A stretch of 64,000 bases of DNA, from positions 10,974,001 to 11,038,000 of the forward strand of contig JBHGNT010000005.1 of the NCBI GenBank assembly GCA_043228905.1, written 5' to 3'. The position numbers and the translations under genes were made by a program. Positions 51,201 through 61,920 of this stretch are shown here, piece by piece; position 1 is the first letter of the stretch; every line of letters starts with the position of its first letter. The DNA comes from Azolla caroliniana. Taxonomy: Eukaryota; Plantae; Polypodiophyta. The notes below the pieces were generated by a model. That model did no database searches and was not told the DNA's origin. It was given only the letters and a program-made list of their open reading frames with translations.

Positions 51201-53017
51201 TCCAGTGATAGTTCGAATTGGGGATGCCATTGACAAAACAAGCTAGCAACCAATTGTCCCCTTCTAGACCCGAGTTTTGGATTTGGGTTTTAGCATGGTG
51301 AACATAGTCTTCTAGCGAGGAAAATTTCCTGCTAGAGAGGTTCATTAAAGCTTGTGCTGCCTCGGTTCGAGAGGGAGGTTGCAGAAATTGGCTCTTAAAA
51401 ACCGTGACAAAATCTGTCCAGGTATCGGGCAATTTCCCCATAGTACGGAGCCCACGCCACCAGGCGGCGGCCTTACCCCCGAGTTCTCAGCCGACTCTCA
51501 GCCGACATATGCAATCTTCATACTATCTGGCATGGGATAGAGCTCAAAATGAGACTCCCATCGTCCCAGCCATGTGCAGATTGCTTCTTCGGTTCTTTCT
51601 TTTTTGTCTCCCGTAAATGTCTTAACGACAAATGATGGTTCACCTTGTCGATCATCAGGTCTATTAGTCTGACGTTGTAGACTAATGACACGTGCCTCAA
51701 GAGCACTCTGAGATTACCGAAGTTCGGTCATCTGTTGAGTGATGAAACTAAGGTATTGGGTTATTTGTGCCAAATACATCTCAGTGGACATTTGTCCAGG
51801 AGGATTCCCTTGAGTTCCTTTTGCTTGAGTGGATGACATCAGGTCGTTAATTTGAGCCATTAAAGATTATTTCTGGAAAAGAAATAGGATAAGGTCAGAG
51901 AGAGAGTCATAACATCATGTCATGATGTAAACATATCATGGGTAAACATCAATCGATATCATGATCTCACGTCAATACCCCTCTAGACGTATGAGATGAG
52001 GTTCAAGATCAGGTTACTATGGTAACACAAAGGTGTTTTAAAAACCATGGGGGTGACAATTTAATGTCTTTCCTTGATCTCTATATCGATTTTTTCATGG
52101 TGGCTCCCCGAGGCTCAACCATGTATGTTCGCGTCATAAGTAGTTTATACACGAACAAAATGTTAACAATAAACTATGTGGTTTTGGCTCTTTAAGTCCT
52201 ATTACGAGGAGCACTTAGACCTTAAGTCTAAACATGTGTTATAGTCATATGTATCAAGGATGTTGTATGGTCTTGGTCATATTTGAACTCGAGACCTCAA
52301 GAACAAATACATTAAACACTTGAGCCAACCAAGTAAGTTGCTCTTCTCGAATGCTTAATGTTTGATGCGTATAAGAGATATGCGAAGCATTTGATCGTAT
52401 ATGTTTTTTTTAAAAGAACATATATGTCAAGGGTCCTTATTTCGCCCTCATTTACCAAAACTATGTTGGTACGTTACCTAACCTCATGTCTCGTAATTAC
52501 GATGGCATACGCCAAAGTGCAACCTAATGGTCAAGCCAAATGAGCCCTCGTTTCGTAGTAGGCCCACGTGGCCCATCACATGGTCACGTCATTACGAATG
52601 CCTCTCGTAAGAACGAGCTCATGGTGGCATCGTATCCATGTAACGAGGGAGGGATGTTGGATATGTGTGTCATTGGAGCAACCTCACTTGAAGTGGGTCA
52701 AGCCCTACGTACTCAACATCATTATGGCTATAGGCGTTTCTTTACGTAACGAAATCGAGGTCATCAACGGGGTTGTCAACAATAAAAAATTGTTGAAAAA
52801 GGGATGGTGACAACGCCATTCTCACAAAAATGTGAGGACAGCCACCAACATCCTTTTCCCGACAAGGACAACTTTCGATATAATCACGTAATAACGAATA
52901 TACACATATGTTTACTTATGACATATATACGATCAAATACGTATATACGTGACCACATATGCCTATATTAAACATATCGTTATATTAAATAGCCACAAAT
53001 GATGTGATCGAGATACG

Positions 53018-53275
53018 TAATCGAGGTATATACCTCTACGCACACGAAACATCCACAAATAAGAGATCATCGTAATACACAATTGAGGTATTGACCTCTT
53101 ACGCATACGAGACCAAACACATATCCTTTACAACAAATCAAGGTATTAAACTCATACGCAAACGTAACATATGTTCGTGAACGTAATACGTAATTGAGGT
53201 ATTAACCTCGTATGCATACGACACTCATCACATATTATTAATATGTCAAACGAGGTATTGACCTCGTGCACATAT
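53018..53275. repeat. Five palindromic ~30-bp repeats separated by dissimilar spacers in the chromovirus leader
   Basis: GAGGTATTGACCTC-like cores at 53023, 53085, 53140, 53196 and 53252, each followed by TACGCATACG-like sequence. Confidence 0.75.
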
Positions 53276-54900
53276 GTAAACGTTTTAGATAATCAATTAA
53301 AGACCACTACAACATCATTGACTTAATGAAAAAAAATGACATATAAACTAAACACATGATTAGATGAGAGAAGAGAGAATAGAAAAAAAAATTACAGAAA
53401 GAGTTACCGAAGTTCTTTGTTGATCGTTGTCTGGATCAAGGCCGACCGCACATCGATCGATCACCATCAATCAAAAGACAAAAGACAAACAAAGAAACAT
53501 TAGTACATAGCTCTGATACCAAATATTAGAGATCTAGGTACTAAAGTAAGCTTAAGATAAGGATAAACTAATGATAGATAGAAAGGAGAAAGAGAAAGAA
53601 GGGTGCCGATCCACCCGACCACCCCCGAGTGAAGGGATCGAGACGGACTCGAGCCTCGATCGGCATCCCATACCACCGCCGTGGCGCCGAGTCGTACCTG
53701 GTGCTGGCGCACTTGCTACAAGAGTTGACCCACCACAAGAGCAGAGTCTCGATGTAGTCAAAAAGATGATGAAATGAGGGTAGCTAGGCCTCTTATTTAT
53801 AGCGATACCGAAGGCCCCCAGGCAAGTTCACACTTGACCTAATGGGTTGTGTCAATCCCGAGGATTAAAAGTAATCCACCCCTTCTTTACACTCTCGTTT
53901 AACCCTCACACTTATCCACGTGTATAGAATACTATGGTAAATTCTCACCACGGGATATTAAATGGTCATGCCCGTAACAATAGGTACAAAGGTGTAAGTC
54001 CTATATTAAATGAACATGGGAGTGGAGGATCTACAATGTATCCCACTCAAGTACAAAATCCTATTTAAGGGTTTATGGTCAACACACTAGCTAGATTCTA
54101 TTTAGGTAACGACTAAGTTACGTGTGTTGACTAAATAACTAATATACTTGGGCTTGATATCTTAACAGCTTTAATATAAGTACTATTTAGCACTAGCTTG
54201 TATCTAGGGAGTTGAGTCATATTAAATGACAAGTTAGTTCACAAAAAAGGAGTATCCCCACTACTATCTACATAAGGTTCATCGAATGTCATCGCTCCAA
54301 ACGTCTCAAAGGAAAACTTAATAATGATACACACTTCAACACTTTTGTTGCAACTATGGCTCTGAACTCACTTTTAAAAGCTTCCTCGCCACACGCAACG
54401 GATAAGGACGAAGCACTATCCTTTCCGTTGATATAAGTTCAACAAATGGAACCAAAAATGATTGTATTCTAGAACTACCTTATTGGCAAATACTTGGTAG
54501 CCTTAACTACTTGGTGACTTGCGCGAAACAAACCTTGCCTTGGTCACAAGCCTTCTTTCTAAGTTCACGCACAACCCTGGAAAATACACTCAAAGAGACT
54601 TCTAAAAGTATTGAAATACCTCAAATACACCTCCAAATATGGTATTATGTATCAATATGGAGGAAACAATCCAAAACAAATCCAAGGATTGCCTAACTCA
54701 GATTGAAATGGTGATTTGGATACATAAAACTCTACCTCTAATGATGTGTTTCTACTTGCAAATTAAAGTCCAACCATCCAATCAAAATCATAGTCATATA
54801 GTTGGACACTATTATATAATATAGAATCAAATCTTAGTATTGGTTCCACTTCACAAGTAGCTAGCATAGTTTTTGTTGCACAAGTTGAGCTTAGTAGTAC

Positions 54901-55280
54901 CATTGTTGTAGAATACTTAGCATACAATACACGTAGAATACGTATGCTAAGTATTCTACAAGTATTCTATCTTTTTAAAAAAAATACTTAGAATATGTAT
55001 TTTACGTGTAGAATACTTTAAATACATAGAATACTTGTAAAATACGTTAAATACTTCTTAAAATTTAAAGTTTTAAAAAAAAAAAAAAATTAAAAATTTC
55101 AAAAATTTTAAAACTTTCTTCAAATAATAAAACTTGTTAAATATCTAGAATATGTCAAATTTTTAGAATACGTAGAAAATTTGAAAAATGGCAGTTCTAA
55201 AATGTTGAATACGTGTCGAATACTTCAAAGCATTCTAAAGCGTATTCTAAATGTAGAATATGTGTTTTGTAACAAATATG
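54901..55280. mobile_element. AT-rich MITE-like element, uninterrupted copy
   Basis: Matches 22087-22210 plus 24473-24689; imperfect TIR CATTGTTGT/ACAAATATG. Confidence 0.7.
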
Positions 55281-55998
55281 TTGTAGAAGGAGCAGTATCA
55301 TGGGAATCCAAAAATCAAACCTTTGTAGCCCTATCATCAATAGAAGTTGACTTTGTGGTTTTTGCATTAGTAGCTCGAGAACGAGTTTGGCTACAAAGAC
55401 TACTCATGGAATTTAACATTGATGATTATCTACTCTATCACAATCTATGAAATAATTATTTACACATTTCTTTACATACCCCGATGCACATACTCACGGT
55501 AGTTAGAGCATGTACTTAGAAGTGTACGTCTGCAACTCAAGAAGGGAAAGTTTGTCAAAATCACACACATACGACACACTTGTACAACTCCTAGAAACTT
55601 TCAGTATGGCCAAATCATCATCAAGCAATCATCCCTAGTTTAAGGCCCTGAGTGGTCCCACTGGCATCTTTCACAACCTTCTCATGACACCATCAACTCA
55701 TTTAGATACATTGGCTAAATTTTGGGGCCATTTGGATTATTTTGGTAGGCTGAAAATCATGTAGTCTTTGTGTAATCACCTTTTGTAGATTTTGGTTTCT
55801 TTAAGTCCTCTTTCCAAAAATCTCTTAATGATTGTCTCCAAATTGCTAAGATTTTTCGAAAATATTTCACCTTTATTTTAAAGTGCTTGTGATACTTGAA
55901 AGCGTGTAAGTTTTTTGTGGGTTATTAGCTTGCATTCATGTTTCCCCTCCTTAGTATACGTATGACCAAAAAATTAGCATAAAAAATAAAGTAAGATA

Positions 55999-58900
55999 TG
56001 TTGCACACAGTGCTCGGCCACAACCGAGGAATAGGATCAACTCACAGAAAATAGGAAATACAAAATGCACGAAGACAATAGAGAGAAGAGTACACAGGAT
56101 GTTTTACGTGGAAAACCCTAAATGGGAAAAAACCACGGGAGTCCTCAAACTCCAACTATCACTATAAATAGAGATGTACAATGGTGAAGCTACAAGGCAA
56201 CAACCTTGAGCTCACTGTCTTCGCCACAGGCGGCGGTAATACACAGAGGCAACGACCTCTTCGTCTCTCTCTCTCTCTCTCTCACTCTCGGCTTCTCACT
56301 TAGCTCCCTCTAAGTGGAAAACAGAAAATGAGCAACAACAACCTTGTAAAACTGTTTGCCCTAAGTCATATTTATACACATATGACTTTCGGGCTATTTA
56401 CAAATATAGTCTCCGCATCCGGATCTCTCTCCGGGTACTTCGTCATCCGGCTCCGTAACCGGGGTCTTCATCATCCGGCTCCGTAGCCGGGTCTTCGTCA
56501 TCCGGCTCCGTAGCCGGGGTCTTCATCATCCGGCTCCGTAGCCGGGGTCTTCATCATCCGGCTCCGTAGCCGGGGTCTTCATCATCCGGCTCCGTAGCCG
56601 GGGTCTTCATCATCCGGCTCCGTAACCGGGTCTTCGTCATCCATCTCCGGACATCCCATCCGGAGGGACCGAAAATCCCAACAAACTCCCCCTTCACTTC
56701 GGCATGGGATGTCTCTCCAATACGATTCTCTTCCGGCATGCTTCCAGCTTGTCGGGTGTAAGTACCTTGGTCAGCATATCCGACCCGTTCTCGTCCGTGT
56801 GGATCTTCGTCAGCACGAACTCCTTGTCTTCTATCCTTTCCCGGATCCAGTGGTATCTACGCTGGATGTGCTTCGTCCGGGAGTGATAGGCCGCATTCTT
56901 CGCAAGGTGGATGGCACTCTGACTGTCGCAGTAGAGTCGGTACTCCTCCTGCCGGATACTGAGCTCTCTAATGAAGTCCTTCATCCATATTATTTCCTTG
57001 CCGGCTTCAACAGCCGCCATGTACTCCGCCTCCGTGGTTGACAACGCAACCGTCTTCTGCAACCTCGACTGCCACGAAACGGCTCCCCCTGCATATGTCA
57101 TTACATACCCAGATGTAGACCGGCTGGTATCCGCATCAGCCGACATATCCGAATCGGTAAATCCATCGAGTTCGGGTTTACCGGAGCCGAATCGGAGGCA
57201 CATGTTCGAAGTGCCCTTTAAGTATCGGAGTATCCATTTGACCGCGTTCCAGTGCTCCTTGCCGGGATTACTCATATACCGGCTCACCACTCCAACTGCA
57301 TATCCTATGTCCGGTCTTGTACACACCATTGCGTACATCAAGCTCCCGACGGCAGAGGCATATGGTACTTTCATCATGTCCTCCTTCTCAGCCTTTGTCT
57401 TGGGGCTTTGCTTGCTGGACAACTTGCAGTTTGCCGGGAGTGTTGACCCGACCGGTCTTGCTTCCGACATGTTGAACCGGTGAAGCACCTTTGTCACGTA
57501 CTTCTCCTGTGATAGCCACAACTGCTTCTTCTTCCGGTCCCGGATGATGTGCATCCTTAGTATTTGCCTCGCCGGACCCAGGTCCTTCATTGAGAAGGTT
57601 CGGTGAAGAGCCTTCTTCAGCATCCGTATCTTGACCTGGTCTCGTCCGACGATCAACATGTCGTCCACGTACAGGAGGAGTATTAGAAAGTCTCCTCCTT
57701 CGAACTTCTTCACAAACACGCAGTGATCGGACTGCGTTTTGTGGTACCCTTCGTCTGTCATGAAGGAGTCGAACTTCCGGTACCATTGCCGGGGAGCCTG
57801 CTTCAGACCGTAAAGGCTCTTCTTCAACCGGCATACCAGGTGCTCCTTCCCTTTCTTCTCGAATCCTTCCGGTTGCTGCATGTAGATCTCTTCTTCGAGG
57901 TCACCGTGAAGGAATGCCGTCTTCACGTCCATCTGTTCTACCTCGAGGTCCATGCTTGCCGCTATGCTCAGCACCGTCCGGATGGAGGTCATCTTCACTA
58001 CCGGGGCAAATATCTCGTCGAAGTCGACGCCCTTCTTCTGCTGGAACCCCTTCACCACGATCCTGGCTTTGTATCTCGGGGGGTTTCCGGCATCTCCCGG
58101 TTTCAGCTTGAACACCCACTTGTTTCGAAGTGTCCGCTTTCCTTTCGGCAACTCCACAAGTTCATATGTGTGGTTCTCATGCAGGGAATCCATCTCCTCC
58201 TGCATGGCACTTAACCACCTGCGGCTATGAGTGTCAAGCTTTGCTTCTTCAAAACTCTCCGGCTCCCCCTCGTCGGTTAGTAGCACGTGCTCTGGTTCCG
58301 GAAATCTCCGGGGGGCCCTTCTCTCTCTTAGAGGATATCTCCGTTCCGGAGCTTCGGTAACCGGCTCCTCTGTTTCCTCTTCATCTGAATCCATTTCGGG
58401 ATCGGGGCCGGTTCCGGTATCATTTTCATCTTCCTCGGCCGGTTCTGTTTCTTCACCGTCTTCGGCCGGATCCTCGAATGCTAACCGGTCCCTTGCCGGT
58501 CGGGACTGCTCTTCATAGAGTTGATTCTCACCGGTCGACTTTGAGCTCTTCATCTTCTTCTCCGACTCCCAGTCGGCGAGTGTCTTGTCCTCCATGAAGA
58601 TGATATCACGACTCCTGAATATCTTCTTGTCGACCGGGTCCCATACTCGGTAGCCGAGCTCGTCGTCGCCGTAACCGAGGAATATGCATGGCCGGGTCTT
58701 TGGATCTAGCTTTCCTCTCCGGTCCTTTGCCACATGCACATATGCGAGACACCCGAACACCTTCAGATGCCGGTAGGATACTTCCCTACCGGTCCACACT
58801 CTCTGCGGCGTGTCTCCGTCCAAAGGTACTGAGGGTGATCTGTTTATCACGTATGTCGCCGTCGACATTGCCTCAGCCCAAAACCCCTTGGGTAATTTCG

Positions 58901-61426
58901 CATGCGCCAGCATACTCCGGACCCTCTCCATTATGGTCCGGTTCATCCTCTCGGCCAGCCCGTTCAGTTCCGGCGTCTTCGGCACAGTAAACTCGACCCG
59001 GATTCCCTTCGAGCGACAGTACTCCGCGAACTGCCCCCGGTATTCTCCTCCGTTATCCGCTCGTATCGCTTTCAGCTCCTTGCCGGATTCCCTTTCCACT
59101 CTCGCGTGGAGTTCTTTGAAGACGGACAATACTTGGTCCTTTGTCTTCAACGGTGCCGTCCACAGCTTCCGGCTATGGTCATCTATGAATGTTACGAAGT
59201 ACTGGGCTCCGCCATGTGACTTCGTTTCTACCTGACACACATCAGTGTGTACCAACTCCAATGGTACACTACGTCTCGTCGGTGGCCTTGAGTGGAAGGA
59301 GGCTCGGTTCTGCTTACCGGCCAGGCAATCGGTGCACTTCTCCAGATGCACATGCTTCACTGGGATAAGGTTGTCTTCTGCGAGCCTCTTCATCCCCTTC
59401 TCACTCATGTGGCACAGTCTCTTGTGCCACAGCTCACCGGCAGTGTCAGCTGCCACGTTCAGCTCCTCCGGACATAGCCGGGAATTCATCAGGTACAGTG
59501 TGTTGACTTTCCGGGCCCGAGCCACTATCAGGCTCCCTTTGCTGAACTTCATGACACCGTTCCGGATGCTACCCGTGTAGCCTTCATCGTCTAGCCTCCC
59601 GGCCGAAATCAGGTTCAATCGGACCTCCGGAACGTGTCGAACATCCTTCAGCAGCATCTTGCATCCGGTTGATGTCATCAGCCACACGTCTCCTATGCCG
59701 GCAATCCGGCATGTACCTTCATTTCCCATCCGGACACAGCCGTGCTCACCGGCTGTGTAGGATGAGAAGTATTTCTTCTCCGGGGTCAGGTGGAACGACG
59801 CTCCGGAATCGACCACCCAGGTCATCTCTTCACCGGCAAGGTTCAGCTCCCTCTCTTCGGTAATGAGCATTATCTCTTCTTCACTTGCCGCGAGTGCCGT
59901 CGTTCCTTTCCGGTCCTGCCCTCGCCGATCCGGACCTCTCCGGTCCGTGGCTCCCCGGTATGCACCGTTTCGCTCCGGTGACTTCTTCGAATCGGTGTCG
60001 TCGGCTCCGTTGTCTTTTCGGTAATGCCGACAATTCTTCCGGAAGTGCCCCGGCTTCCCACAGTGGAAGCATGTGGGCCTTCCTCTTGACTGCGACCGGG
60101 TCCCCGACTTCTCCCGTCTTTGCGGACTCCGGTTCCGTTGTCTTCCCCGTTCCGATTCGGTAAGCAGCGCCTTCGAGTCGGAGGCCGGTTCTTTATCTCT
60201 CCGACACGCTTCTTCGTTCAAAATGCTTGTCTTTACCGTTTGTAGAGACAAGTTATCTTCGGTGCAGGAGGTGCTGAGAGTCACCACCAAGTTCTCCCAG
60301 CTTTCCGGCAATGTACACATCAGAATGATGGCTTGCATTGCATCCTCCAACGGGAACTTGATCGCCGCAAGCTGGTTCACGAATCCCATGAACGTGCTTA
60401 CGTGTTCCACCATACTCTCGCCGTCGCGGTACTTGAGGTTCACTATCTTCCTCATCAGGGAGGTCCGGTTCAACGCATTCTTCCTCTCGTAGAGGCCCGA
60501 CATCTTCCGCCACATCTCATATGCGTTGGTGTCGTTCGCCACATGTTGTAGAACGCTCACGTCGACGTATTGCCGGATGGTTGCAACGGCTTTCCGGTTC
60601 AGAAGCCTTCATTCCGACTCAAGTACCCCCTTCGGTATTTCCGACCTATCAATCGGTTCGTACAGGTCCCGAACAATCAGAAGATCCTCCATCTTGATCT
60701 TCCAGTCGGCGTAGTTCTGTGAGTTCAACACCATCATGCCCGGAGGCCCACTACCGCCGCCTTCCATTTTCTGTGTTAACCTGCTCTGATACCACTTTGT
60801 TGCACACAGTGCTCGGCCACAACCGAGGAATAGGATCAACTCACAGAAAATAGGAAATACAAAATGCACGAAGACAATAGAGAGAAGAGTACACAGGATG
60901 TTTTACGTGGAAAACCCTAAATGGGAAAAAACCACGGGAGTCCTCAAACTCCAACTATCACTATAAACAGAGATGTACAATGGTGAAGCTACAAGGCAAC
61001 AACCTTGAGCTCACTGTCTTCGCCACAGGCGGCGGTAATACACAGAGGCAACGACCTCTTCGTCTCTCTCTCTCTCTCTCTCACTCTCGGCTTCTCACTT
61101 AGCTCCCTCTAAGTGGAAAACAGAAAATGAGCAACAACAACCTTGTAAAACTGTTTGCCCTAAGTCATATTTATACACATATGACTTTCGGGCTATTTAC
61201 AAATATAGTCTCCGCATCCGGATCTCTCTCCGGGTACTTCGTCATCCGGCTCCGTAACCGGGGTCTTCATCATCCGGCTCCGTAGCCGGGTCTTCGTCAT
61301 CCGGCTCCGTAGCCGGGGTCTTCATCATCCGGCTCCGTAGCCGGGGTCTTCATCATCCGGCTCTGTAACCGGGTCTTCGTCATCCATCTCCGGACATCCC
61401 ATCCGGAGGGACCGAAAATCCCAACA
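55999..61426 (-). mobile_element. Young full-length Ty1/copia (Tnt1/Tork-like)
   Basis: LTRs 55999-56683 and 60798-61426, nearly identical; TSD AGATA; tRNA-Met PBS 60783-60794; PPT 56684-56694. Confidence 0.98.
56694..60767 (-). CDS. Copia gag-pol polyprotein (1357 codons) with a single in-frame TGA at 60609-60611
   Basis: ATG at 60767 (MEGGGSG..NYADWKIKMEDLL) is in frame with the 1288-aa ORF. Motifs CFHCGKPGHFRKNC, VDSGASFH, HTDVC..ADNGGEY..LAERMN, LYVDDML, TDSD..TEAEY..CDSQSA. Confidence 0.93.
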
Positions 61427-61522
61427 AGATATTTGTCTAAATAGATAAAGTAATTTATGTAAAGTGGACTAGGAACCATCAATGTTCTTATGGCTTCTAT
61501 AACTTAATATAGTGTTGGTCAT

Positions 61523-61877
61523 TGTTGACCGAGCAAGCTCAACTTGGGCCGGATCGGCCGAAAAAGCCGAGAGCCGGACCGGACGAATACCGATCGGCTA
61601 GGCCCGGATTGGTTGAAGAAGCGGAGAACCGGATCGGATGGAGACCGATCGGCTATGCCGAGTTGGATGGAATCCAATAGGCCGTTAGGGGCCTATATTC
61701 TTATTTTAGTAAATAGGAATATTATAGGTTGTTAGAGTCGGGCTCAGTTAATGAGCATTCAAGTACTTCTCAATACTTGTGTCAACCCACTTGTCAGGGC
61801 TTGTATAAAAAGTGCTTTGTGAGCACACTATATGTACTGACTCTTTTGATAATAGAAATTTTGTGTGTCTGCTCACT

Positions 61878-61920
<43 letters not shown>

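Larger units (their letters stand above)
46165..53979 (-). mobile_element. Full-length, mutated chromovirus-type Ty3/gypsy
   Basis: 456-bp LTRs 46165-46620 and 53524-53979; TSD ATAGG; tRNA-Met PBS 53510-53521; PPT 46621-46631. Gag CVFCKKKGHTKYQC, protease [42 protein letters not shown], integrase SMDFI..QTERVN, GPF motif, chromodomain-like KIKWMD..DATWE. Confidence 0.96.
45562..54272 (-). mobile_element. Probable old solo LTR (~0.9 kb: 45562-46164 plus 53980-54272) split by the chromovirus
   Basis: Non-coding block interrupting the host Copia, with TA...CA ends and a reverse TATA-like site near 54062. No clean TSD. Confidence 0.45.
28620..55450 (+). mobile_element. Ancient Ty1/copia host element in pieces: 28620-29213, 34510-35317, 37000-37310, 45116-45561, 54273-54780, 55281-55450
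   Basis: Domains lie in Copia order across the insertions: KLNGTNY..KMENYL..DLW; CHFLGH; YLDTRATHHM; KWHH|RLGH; LIHSDLCGPM..FTFIDD; PQQNGKTERK; ILGSLNYL; GAVSWESKNQTFVALSS. Its LTRs were not identified. Confidence 0.85.

Noticed and set aside
53018-53275. True CRISPR array
   Set aside because: Eukaryotic retroelement context, no cas genes and degenerate repeats. Kept only as a repeat-spacer curiosity.
56700-60720. Many + strand ORFs opposite the Copia polyprotein
   Set aside because: Antisense shadows of a GC-rich coding region, with no motifs.
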